DNA of 63,838 bases, filler included, from Intoshia linei (lineage: Eukaryota; Animalia; Orthonectida), in the NCBI GenBank assembly GCA_001642005.1. It is 4 parts of 4 records of this genome, joined end to end, with 100 filler letters (N's around TTAATTAATTAA, not from the genome) between each part and the next. Parts side by side here need not be neighbours in the genome. Positions count along the whole stretch, not along the records: positions 25,436 to 42,129 come from LWCA01000845.1; positions 42,230 to 61,059 come from LWCA01000759.1; 2 more parts are not named here. The stretch is one strand, 5' to 3'. The position numbers and the translations under genes are program-made. Under the pieces are notes generated by a model. It did not search any database and had not been told where the DNA came from. It worked only from the letters and a program-made list of their open reading frames with translations. Numbering within the stretch: position 1 is the first letter of the stretch; each line of letters starts with the position of its first letter. Below are positions 39,501 through 51,100 of this stretch, piece by piece.

Positions 39501-41618
39501 ATATATCATCCACTACAGATCCAAGTTAAAACTAACATATTAAAATACCATATTATACCTAAAAACCATATTACAAAAAAATTAGAAATATTCTATGTGT
39601 TCACAACAGAGAATATTTTTTTTGAAATAAAATTTTTTGTTAGTTTCATTTTATACAGAACATTCAATTTAAATACTGACAGTATATGTAAAGTAGTGAC
39701 AAAATAATTTTTTTTACTGCCCTTCGCATTTAAATATTGACAATCAATTATTTATACTGACAAACCATCTACAATACTGAAAAATCAATGTTTCTACTGA
39801 CAAATCAATAAGACAAATACTGATGCGATAAATGCACGCCATTTTAAATTGTGTTGAGTAAATTATATTGTTTATCCATGGATACAATATCATTTTTTTG
39901 TTATGGGGCGTTAGCCTAAAAAAGATTAAGTACCCTGTTTTAAAAGATGGTAACAGTTAATTTAAATGTAAATAAATATAATAATCAATAAATAATGTAA
40001 ATATATTATATTATAAATTATAATATAGGTTATATAATGATAAAAAAATTCATTGTACCATGCAGGGATTAAAATTAATTGATTGCAACCAATTTAATTG
40101 CAATTAATTAGTAAAAATTATTGAAAAGTAATCAATTAATTGTTTGTTCATAAATTATTTTTGAATTAATTTAATTTTTTGCAATTAATAGAAAAATGAA
40201 AAAATAGTTTCCAATTAATTGCTTTATGAAAAAAAAAAAATTTCAATTAATTGAAGATTGATAACAATATCATGATCATTTTTAAAAAACTGTCATATGA
40301 TTATAATGAATACTAGGATGCTGTTTGTTCGAAGTACATAAAAGTCAAGCTAGTAAGTTAAATACATCATTTTTTTGGTGACAAACGCATTTCTATTTTT
40401 CTAAAATTGCATAGAATAATGAAGAGTTGTGAATATTTTATTATACAGTGTCAAACTATGTTAGTTATATTATATTTTATTTGCAAAATAGTATTTAGAA
40501 AATATTTTCATATTATTTCTTTCTTAGAATTTAGAAATAAAATTGTTTTTAAAAATAAACAAAGCATGGTGGGTTTATAGTACAATTTATGTTTATTATG
40601 TTATGTTATGTAATTTATGTGGTAGTTTATGGGTACAAGTATTTTTGGTCACCAAATTATTAATATCAATAGTTTATTATACTAATATAATTACATAATT
40701 AATAGCAAAAATAGAAAATCAATAATAACATTAATAGTGAAAATTCCAGTATTTCTAATTAAGGAAAGTTCTATAGGTATAATTGTGAGTAATACGAGCG
40801 TAATTATCATTTCAATGTATATTAATCTATATTACAGAAAAATAAAAATATACATAAAGTGAAATAAACAAAATTTTATAATTATAATTACAATCTAACT
40901 AAAGGACCATCCGGAAGAATCGTGTATCTAAATAAATAATTATAGAATACTAAAATTAAAAATATATATATTATATACCGTTTATCGACATGTTAACCTT
41001 GGAATCTAAGATAACTCAGGTTGTTTAACGGTTAAACTTTAAACTATATCATGTAAATTTATATTACTTTACATCACCGCCTTACCCTTCTGATTTTTTT
41101 ATTTTCAATATATTGATAATTATTATTAATTAATCTCAGAAATGTACAACTTCATGGTCAATAATGTTAAACATTTTAAGGGATTTAAAATCTTTAAAAA
41201 TTAAGTGGTAAAAAATCCTCCTAAAACCCCTACCATAATGTAACCTAAAAAATATATTTTATTATAGTCATTGTTGTTACAGATTTTTACGGGTAATCTG
41301 TAATTTATTTATCATAACATCTCCACAACATTAAATATTTAAAGATTTATATTTTTTTGTATGCAAAATTAATATTTTTGATAATAAAATTAAAATTTAC
41401 AAAATTAATAAACGTTAAAAAGATTTCAAAAGGTTAAATTTAAATATTTACCTAAATAATAATTTATGTAGAAGATTGCCTCTCTTGAATTTTTCAAATG
41501 GTTCTTCATAGGAATCACGTTTTATTTTTGAATGATTAAATATTGAAATTTCAAAAAATTGCAAAATTTTATTTTTTATTTTGTTTAAAATATTAAAATT
41601 CTCTTTTAATGAATTATC
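30510..41618 (-). CDS. Tandem two-repeat CNBD-family K+ channel (2 x [S1-S6, C-linker, CNBD]); ends approximate
   Basis: Repeat 1: FNMAYYNE, RYIRLLRF S4, YWTTATVTTVGYGDI (38117), C-linker/CNBD 37100-37850 and 35200-35365. Repeat 2: SHIAYRDDGG, KLVRIVRIFR S4, HVICCLWY, YWSFTTITTIGFGNI (33116), CNBD 30600-31930. Confidence 0.85.
30931..31462. mobile_element. pogo-like MITE (TA TSD) in channel intron
   Basis: TA|CAGTCAAGTCCTAATTAACGG ... CCGCTAATAAGAAATTGTACTG|TA. Confidence 0.75.
34270..34796. mobile_element. piggyBac-type MITE
   Basis: TTAA|CCCATATACTCCCAG ... CTGGGAGTATATGGG|TTAA, perfect 15-bp TIR. Confidence 0.9.
35575..36135. mobile_element. hAT MITE with degenerate ~30-bp repeats
   Basis: CAGTGGTT...AACCACTG; TSD TTCTAGAG/CTCTAGAC. 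Confidence 0.75.
38860..39937 (+). mobile_element. hAT Buster-like transposase C-terminal remnant with nested MITE
   Basis: FHSTYPVETTFS...KKRIRLNIV...TNLKPDIKK; right end AAAAAGATTAAGTACCCTG. Confidence 0.7.
39151..39840. mobile_element. GTCAGTA-array MITE with 9-bp TSD (MULE-like)
   Basis: ATTTTAAAT|GGGG ... CACGCC|ATTTTAAAT; GTCAGTA motifs at left, TACTGAC at right. Confidence 0.75.
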
Positions 41619-42129
41619 TAAATAATGTAAAATTATACATATATGTATATAAGCTATTCTCTAGCAAATAAAATATAAATATTTCAATTTAAGTGACCTA
41701 TAGTAAATAATATCCAAGACTCATACTCATATATCGACTTAAAATGCGCGTATGATAACGTGCAACATGGTTATTTGCACTATTTTACATATAAGTAAAT
41801 ACTAAAACGTACATTTACAGTTAAAAACCATTACGGCGTTACGCGCAAAAAAAATAATAAAATTTGAAAATCGTTTTTTTGATGATTCTTGTGAATATTT
41901 AATTAATTGAGATTTTGTAATAGATTGAATAGTGAGATAAGATTACTTCTAGATAAGATTTACTAGATAAGAATAGTGAGTACTTCTAAATTTCAAAAAA
42001 TCTATTCTTTTAATTAGACTATAAATTAAGTTCAAAAATACGCATAAAATGTTCAGTGTTATGAATTGAACTTATTATTTATGTTATACATTTATGGTAT
42101 TAATAAATTGTAAATTATAACCACAAAAC

Positions 42130-42229
42130 NNNNNNNNNNNNNNNNNNNNNNNNNNNNNNNNNNNNNNNNNNNNTTAATTAATTAANNNNNNNNNNNNNNN
42201 NNNNNNNNNNNNNNNNNNNNNNNNNNNNN
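42130..42229. other. Assembly gap with TTAATTAATTAA linker
   Basis: N-run with linker. Confidence 0.97.
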
Positions 42230-42723
42230 TTTCAGATCTGGTGAAACGGAAACAAGCACAACCCTCACACTGACGCTTTTTGGAATTAAAATATAACAAT
42301 TTATTGTGTTGGTAAAACTATTGTGATTTAATTATTGAAAATTTGTAAATAAAAAGCATTATGGTCACAAAGTTTCAGATATTTAAAAGTTAGATTTAAT
42401 ATCTAGCCCAGTACTGGTTAGCTCCAAAAAATGTAGTGAAGAAGGATCAACTAGACTAATTATATCATTGGGGTCACGGCAACTTGACAATTGTTGTCAA
42501 GATGTCACTGCACGAAAAAGGTTGGGAACCACTGAAATAGAATGTCAATATTAAGTTATTTTGAATATTACGTAATTTTTGTAATACTTAATGCGCATAT
42601 TTTTTAGTTCATTTTATAAATATACTAAAATAATCTAATATTGAAAGATAACTAACGCATTTTAAATTCAATATCACTCATTACGACATAAAAATATTTA
42701 ATTTTATAAAAAATAATTTTATT

Positions 42724-43754
42724 ATGGGAAAAAAAGCAGATATATTGCCCGAAACCAAAATTCACATAATTTCTTTACTTGAGCACTCGCCGCATACACA
42801 GCAGAAAATAGCAGCTATTTGTAGTGTTTCTGAGTCGACAGTTCAAACAAAAAAAAGTCATTGATACCATGTCATGAAAAATTTACTCTAATTAATTCCA
42901 ATATATCTTGTTTACCCATGGAAAAATCAGATAAAAAAAGAATTATACCCGAAGCAACATCAAAAATAATAACCTATATAAATAAACTATGCCATCAAGT
43001 ATATTCTCCCAGTGAAAATTTAAGTATTGATGAGGGCATCATCAAATTTAAAGGCCGTGTTCTCTTTAAAACGTATAACTCAATGAAGCCAATAAAAGTT
43101 GGATTGAAAATGTACATATGCGCAGATTCATCAAATGGGTTTGTAAATTCTATTATGTTATACACTGGAGATAGCAATACAACCATCAATATAATCGAAA
43201 ATCTAACCAAAAATTATGAACATCAAAACCATAAATTATATATAGATAACTATTACAATACTTTCTCTAATTGCGTTGAAATGAAGAAAAAGTGAATATA
43301 TTGCTGTGGTACAATAAGAAAAATAGAGGCCCTCCTAAGTGTGTGAATACTAATAAACTTAAGAAAGACGACATTAATTATTACCAAAAAATAGCATAAA
43401 TTTACTAAAATGGCATGATAAAAAAGTGCTTTGCTTTATATCCATATTCCACAAAATCAAAAATGTTCATAATAGAGAGAGAGAATTGACAAAATAGGAT
43501 AAAATATAAAAATTCAATCATTCTAATTATTACAGAATTAATGTAAAAAACCATTTATAAAATGGTGGAATGGATAAATTTCGTGAAATTAAATTTACAT
43601 GTATATGTGGAATAGATAAATAATTAAAGTAAAAAACCCTATATAAAACGGGGTAATGTATAAATTTCATGAAATTAAATTTACATGTATATGTGGAATG
43701 GATAAATTTCGTGAAAATAAATTTACATGTATGTGTAATGCATTCCTCAAAGGG
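42724..43754 (+). mobile_element. piggyBac (PGBD4-like) transposase remnant preceded by Tc1-type HTH; right TIR present
   Basis: MGKKADILPETK...TQQKIAAICSVSESTV (42724-42849); SIDEGIIKFKGR..YNSMKPIKVGLKMY..LYIDNYYN; subterminal ~42-bp repeats 43565-43735; CCTCAAAGGG|TTAA. Confidence 0.85.
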
Positions 43755-44009
43755 TTAAAAAAATTATAATTAATATAATAATTGTAAATCTATTTTCATT
43801 TTCACACATACACATAGCGAACATTAATCTTAAAAATATATGTAAAGATCTAAAAATGGAATAAAAAGCATTGTTGAGTACAGTGCTACACGAAGGTTAG
43901 CGTTAGCTGGCCCTACAGGTTAAGAACACGTGAAATAAGGCACGACGCTACTGAGTAACACTCGGTATATTGATCTTTGTTAAAACGCCATTAATAAATG
44001 AAAAAGTAC

Positions 44010-44967
44010 TTTTTGACAGTTTTTGCTTTTTTGACAAATTTCCGAGGTACTTTCTTTGGTATTTTTAAAATATTTGGTACAGTATAACCATTTTCTTTAA
44101 AAGAAACTTTTGAACCAAAGATTAATGAACTAACATTTTTCTTGGACTTTGCAGATTCATCAAAAGTTTTCATTTGACTAAATGTAAATTTATAAACTAT
44201 TATTATAAATGCTAAGCCATTCTCACAAATTCAAAAAACCATCAATATAAATTATACGCTATCATATTTATTTTTACGTCATTTGTTATTTCGAATCGTA
44301 TATTTTCATGATAATAAATTCAATTAGCTACCATTTGCTCTGTCACTTAAATTGACATTAAATTATTTTTATTTGCTAGATAATGGCTCTTCTAAAAAAT
44401 AAATAAAAAAAATTACACAATTTTACGAGTTCTTCCTTCCTTAATGAACTTATTCAGCAAATTTTTAAAATAGTCCTGAAACGAAGTAAAATTCATATTC
44501 GTGTATCTCGTATCAATCAAATCATTTTTATACCTATCTCTAAACTCTAGTTGGATATCAGTTAAAAATTTGTCCACATATGATAATTTTAGTATTTCTT
44601 GATATGCAGCCTAAATATATCATTAAATTCGAAAACTACAAATTAATTATTTATTAATAATGAATCATTATAAATACATACTTTAAAATCCAATTCAAAT
44701 TAACCATAAAAAACATTAAAAATATAAAATTACCACAAAAACTAAATCATAATAATTGTCCAATTTATAAATCAACGTGGTGGAATTAATTTGATACGTT
44801 GATCCTTGTTTTTGCTATTTTACGTAAAAATTAATAGCAATACAAGTTACCTGTATAATGACATCTTTAATTAAAGAATTTATACTCTTTTTTAAATCGA
44901 TAGTACTGTTTTGCAAATACCACAAAACAATTCCACCTTTACTAAATATTGCGAAAAAGTCTAACAT
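44010..44967 (-). CDS. SRPRA: Signal recognition particle receptor alpha, N-terminal longin (SRX) part; NG GTPase exons not seen
   Basis: MLDFFAIFSKGGIVLWY; YKLDNYYDLVFV; AAYQEILKLSYVDKFLTDIQLEFRDRYKN; MKTFDESAKSKK. Confidence 0.9.
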
Positions 44968-45274
44968 GTAAAAAAGTTTATTGTAAATGTAGTCAAGTCA
45001 CTTGAGTCAAGTGTGCTAGGAAATTCCAACTTGGAATCCAAATCTTGCATTTGTTTATTCCTAGACGTTGCAACTTGCAACATGTTTATTCAGTTTAAAA
45101 ATCAAGTAATGCGTTAAAAGAATTCCATAGTTATACAAGACTCATGCGATATTGTTCTAGAAAAAGTGTCTGACGATAATTAAACATACAACACATGTAT
45201 TAAACGTTGCTATATAAACTCATTTTATTTATATTCATTTCTAATTGATTCACAAAAATATCAAATTTTTGAAC

Positions 45275-46228
45275 ATGAATGAAGAACATAATTATGTGTC
45301 AATCAGCAATTACCAAAAGAACAATTGGAGGCAAGCTAATGGATATAAAATCGAAACCATAAAATTGGCTTCAAGTATGACATCTCAAAATCTCAATTGT
45401 AATGGTATTAGTTTGGACAATGATGCAATTCGAGTTCAGAATGATACCACTGATGAAGAATTGTCTAATCAATCAAGCTTGCCAAATTTACCCAAACGTT
45501 CCACTCGGTCAGACCTAGGAAAAACTAGGGGCAGACCTAAAAAAGCGGAAAGTGATGAATCCGATTCCAAAAATGGAAATAGTAATATTTAGTCATGTTT
45601 CTTGTGATAATTTAATTTGCATATCGACAGTAGTATGTTAAATGTTGACATAGTACAGTGTATTTTTATTTGGTATTTACGGAATAAAAATATATGTTTA
45701 GACCAAGCAAAAAATAATCGTGAATGGCATAATATTTGTAATTACCACTTTTCATTGTATACATTTATTTACTAGTGGAAAGAAATAGAAGGCAAAATTT
45801 GTCACTTCAAATTAACCAACTGTATAAAATGATTCCGTCTAAAAAAAAAGATAGAATTCGAGTAGTATTTTTTCTATAATGTATTGAAAGCGAAAGTGAT
45901 ATTTTTATACAATATTCATTATTACATAAAAAGGATTAAAAATACAATTAATTTGTTAATTTAGGGTAAAACTATGATTGTAAAATCAGCCTGTCAATAT
46001 ATAACCGATTTGGAAAACTATAATAAAGATTTGATATTAAATTTGAAAAAAGCCGATGAAACCTTGTTTAATTGTGAAGCCGCTTTAACTACTCTTAAAA
46101 ATATCAAACTTGAAAATATTACCCTTAAGAGACTTGTTAGTATAAAATCCAAAACTCACAAACCTTTAAATACCAATTATTTACTCAACTACCACCTTAA
46201 AAAATCTCATCGTTGTCGTTCAATTTAA
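45275..46228 (+). CDS. USF-like bHLH-leucine zipper factor with AT-hook, 4 exons
   Basis: Spliced NREWHNILERNRRQNLSLQINQLYKMIP...GKTMIVKSACQYITDLENYN plus heptad leucines; KTRGRPKK AT-hook in exon 1. Confidence 0.8.
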
Positions 46229-46910
46229 CTTGTATATTGTAATTTATTTATTTTGATTATTAAAATATATAAAAATGTTTCAATACATTTTAAATTTATG
46301 TGTTATAATAGTCACTGGACCAATTATTCTTAACCGGTGCGTTGCAAAGAAATTTCACTTTATTTTATAGTTTTAAAAATTAGTGTAAAACTTTTACATT
46401 GACAATTCTTTGATGAACATTTCATCATACATGAAATAATCTTTACTAAATTTAAGTACCAAATATAAAGTATTTTTGTATCATTAGTATATTTTTATCG
46501 GTTTTAATCTTTGCCTATTTTCGAATATAGATGTTTTTTTCTTTAATCAGAATTCAAGGTCTGCCCTGAAGTAGAAAAGGTTAAGAAACACTGCACTATA
46601 CGGTTATTTGAATCATATAGCAAGAAAATTGATCTTATCAATCATTGGTTTTATTTTATTTTAATAAAGTACCTTCCGTTGTAGTTAGCGCATATAGTTA
46701 TTCGATTCCTGAGTGTTTCTTTAAACATTAATAAACTTGTTTTTGTTTACTTTCATTTTGTATATAAATGTATTTTAAATTTTAATTGTACATACTACGC
46801 ATAATCCTTATTTTAATTTTATTGATTCATGTAAAATTTATTTTTTTTTATTTTAATTTAAATATTACTTTATTGTAATATGAAGAATGAAAAAATGATA
46901 AACAAGGTTT

Positions 46911-48007
46911 ATGACTAAAAGATCAACTGTTAAAAAGATTGAAAAGGCAGAACCAGCATTTATCAAACGATTTAAAGTTAGAGCTGGAATGGGATACGAT
47001 CCTAGTATTGAAGATAAGGTAATTTTACAAAAAATAGATAAATACTTTTATATTGGGCAATGCAGTACAAATTAACGGGTCACTTGAAATCTGTGGGTTA
47101 ATAAAAATCTTGACACTTTTTTTATATGAAATGATATATTTCAAATATTTATTTTCCTTTTTAATAGTGTTTAAATTCCTCATAATTAATCCCAAAAACT
47201 ATTAATGAAGTTAATTATAAACTGTTTCCCAACCCATTTTGCGTTATTGCCCATTTTTTAGAATATTATTAAATATATTATTTTTATCGCCCGGTAAAAA
47301 TAAAATTTTAAATAATCGTTTAAATATCTAGGAACATATTTTTTGAAAGCAGGCATAAATAAATTTTATTAAAATATAAAGGCAACATACTTACTACACA
47401 GATAATTGGTGTTAGATAACTTATATTGTCAAACTCTTGATAAATTAATTATCGTTCAATTTAATTGTTTTTTTTTATTTGATAAAACTGAAAATTTAAT
47501 TTGTTGAAAAAATGAAAAATATTTATTTTCGCATCGTCCAGGTTGGGAAACACTGCATTATATTAAAAGTTTAAAATATGACATCATTCATGAATGGCGA
47601 GTCACAATTTTTTCGTGTTGTATTTGAAACTATTTCCAGTCCTAACTATTAAATTTTTTTATAAATAAATTAAATAGTTTTAGTTTACCCCTTCCTGTTT
47701 GGACACTAAAGAAAAACCATTAAATGATGATGACTTGCCTACAGTTGTATGCAATGAAGATATTGATAAGGATGAAATAAACCAACATTTGCGTGAAAAT
47801 TATGGAGTTTTAAAAGACGATAAGTCCAAAGAATTATGTAAATCAAAACAAGGCGATAGTTTTACATATGAAAAACCAAATTTAGTCAAGGCTCAAAAAA
47901 ATGCAAAGGTTTTTATTGGAAGCAAATCCAAACCGAAAACAAAAACTAAGAGTATTAGTAGGGCAGTCAAAAACAACAATTTGCTTTCATTTGACCAAGA
48001 CGATTAA
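46911..48007 (+). CDS. KIAA1143: KIAA1143 homolog (DUF4604), 2 exons (intron 47019-47683)
   Basis: EPAFIKRFKVRAG...PSIEDK; DDDLPTVV; C-terminal VKNNNLLSFDQDD. Confidence 0.85.
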
Positions 48008-48107
48008 ATTAACTATATTTAAAATGTAGTGTACCTAAACTTCCCAAACCCAATAATGACCATTTCTTGTATAAAATAAACATTTAAAATTTAATAAATA
48101 CATAGTG

Positions 48108-51100
48108 TTAGCTATCATTTGTAATCATTTCTGATATTTTGGTTTCAACGATTTCATACTCTTTAATAATGTCTGCAATGCTTTCAGAGCTATCAATAGC
48201 GGTGTTAGATTTTGTGGTAACGTTAGAATTTTTTGGTAAATTACTAGATTTGCAAGTCCTAGAAGCATTACCCGGAGGATGAGAAATTTTGAAATGTTTT
48301 TGCTTTTCAAAATAAGTTTTATCCTTATTTTCACATTTGTATTGATCACAATTTAAAACTTGAGGTTGGCAAATATTGCATTTGTCTTGCGAAATAGCAT
48401 TAGAACTTGATCTCGGTAAATGATTACATGTGAGAATATTAACTATAAACGGAGAACCAGATATTTGCAATCCGGACCAAGTAATAAATATTCTGTACGT
48501 GCCAATACCATCAGGTGTATACCGTGCCACAACATGTCGATGACGAGAATGATCCATATCAACTAGATGTGTATGATTAGGTCCAACAACATTGACACTG
48601 AGGGTACCATTACCAGCTTGGCATGTATCAATATCAATTTGACCGTTAAAATTACAAATCAAACAACTTGAGAGGCCTGGGCCCCAGACTTTGACCTTGT
48701 TGGCGTTTTCTTGAGAAACACTGTATATAGTGAATGGAGAATTTGTAATGGGAACGTCATTATAAAAAATGTGTAAACTGTGTGCTCCAATATTGGACGT
48801 GATAAATGTTGCTTTATAGTTTGAATTTTTATACTCTGTTGAATAAAACCTTGGCTCAACATTATCAATTTCTACAATATTCGTGGGAACAGAAACTCCT
48901 ATATTGTCAGTTATATGGGCTTTAAGTAACCCTGGTCCAGCACGAGTAGTATCAATCATAATTTTCGCCTTTTCGTTTGTAATTACAAATTTCACTTGGT
49001 CTGCGTTTGATATAATTTGAGATGCAGCATTTGTACAGTAAACATCAAAATTGATTGGAGTATTGGGAAGATGTGTATTATTCCATAAAATTTCAATTTT
49101 ATGTTTACCAATATTTTTTGTAATTATCTTACCGACAAACCGATTTGATTCTGTCTCTCTTAATGCAACAGGTACTTTATTTGATTGGTGTATTAAATAA
49201 CATTCCACAGTTCCAATTACAGCTAAATTTCCAGCGTCAATAAGAATTTCATGTTTTTCGTTTTCAAAAACTAAATTTTCCGTGAAAGCGGTATGAACTA
49301 AAATTTTTTTCATCAAAGATACTAACGAATGGGCAATAAAGATAATGGGACTAAATTTCAAATCGACTACTCCATAACTAACATTAATCAGACATTCTCC
49401 CTCTTCAACGGCTTTGTAAGTTACACACGTTTCATAGGGTCGGTTGCCAGCTTCTCTAAAAGTGGATTGGACTTGCAATCGGTCATTTGTGCCAATTTGG
49501 AATTTACCATTACCGGCATTTTCAGTTTTAAATGTTAAAGTAAATGGTTTATTGGTAATAATATGCCTTGGCATAATTTCTCTATTGACCAAAATTACCT
49601 TCGTTGGATCAATCACGTCGATAACGTATGGACTTCCATTGACGTGGTGATCATTCAAATAAATGTTTGCCAAGCACTGCAAACAACCTTTGGGTATATA
49701 TTTTATGATATATTTTGAATTTCCATCTTTTTTAGTGTCATGTTGAATTTTAACACCATCTACGGTTTCAATCACAACTTTTAAAATATCCTTCTTCTTG
49801 GAAGCACTCTTTGTATAATTAACGGTGAAATCATTTTCTTTGTTTGCTATAGCCGTTTCTAACCCCTTACCTTCCGCAATTACTTCAGTTTTATCTGTAA
49901 TCAATAAATTAGTGGGACTGAAATGCGTCAATTTATTATTAAAATAAATATCCAAAAGGTATATACCCCTTTTCTTAAGTGCACACGTAATTTCTGTAAT
50001 GACACGATCTTCCGTAATGATTGTTTCTGTAGTTATACAGGAAGTATCGATTAATATATTGTCATTAGGTCTAAATAAATCAAATTTGAGAATTCCGTTT
50101 CCACAAAAAGTTGTATCCACCTTGAGTTTAATGGGACGATGAATGGAACTATCACATGCCCCTAAAATGGTAATTTTACGTGTATCAGTTACATAAAAAA
50201 TCCCTGGCGACTCATTAATGTCGAGACCTGTATATAAGACAGAAATGGAATGTTTTCCAATGTTTAGAGGTGTAAAATTGACACAAATGTAACCGTCCTG
50301 TTTTTGCAAAGGTTTATATTCCAATTCTTGTTTAGAGCTATTCAATATAACAATTTTCAAATTATCCAAGTCGATGTCAAATTCTTTCCATTTTATAAAT
50401 ATTCCAACTTCGGACAAAGACAAACGTTGCAATTTCTTTTTTAAATCATTTCCTTCCTCAAAAAATTGCTTATCTATATTTTTAGGGCAAACGAGCGACA
50501 TGTTATTGTGTAATGATATCGGTACAATTGAAATTGGATTTCCATCATATTCAATATCGTCAAACTTTATATTAATTTCATGGCTAAATATATCGTATGG
50601 AGTAAACAAGATTTTGTATAAATTCAAATTTGATTTATCCACCGTAAAATCAACGTGCTCGTTGTTTTCGCCACTACACGTTATGTTTAAATCCTTTTTT
50701 TTCACTCTTGAAAGATCTAAAATAACAGTATACGGCGTACCCACTATTGCCATACTATCCATAATTATGTCGATATCAGTTTCACTCGTAAATTCCACGT
50801 TAAATTTACCGTTACCAATCAAAACGTCACTTAATTTTACCGTTACTTCGTGGATTCCCATATATTTTGATGAGTATTGGATAATATGCAACTGTGTTTC
50901 ATCATCATAGCTAATTTCAGGTTTTATAACGTTATGTCCCTGTCGTATATCAACCAACAAATCAGCTGGGTATATTTTGCAAGTATCAACTTTAAACATG
51001 TTCATTTTCCCAACAAGACTGCTAAAATTCAAACCCTCGGTCAAAACTTTACTGAGAGAAGGATCAATGGGGTTAATTTGCATCGGACTTTGAATAATTT

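Noticed and set aside
43565-43735. Three ~42-bp direct repeats with one spacer
   Set aside because: Subterminal repeats of the piggyBac end
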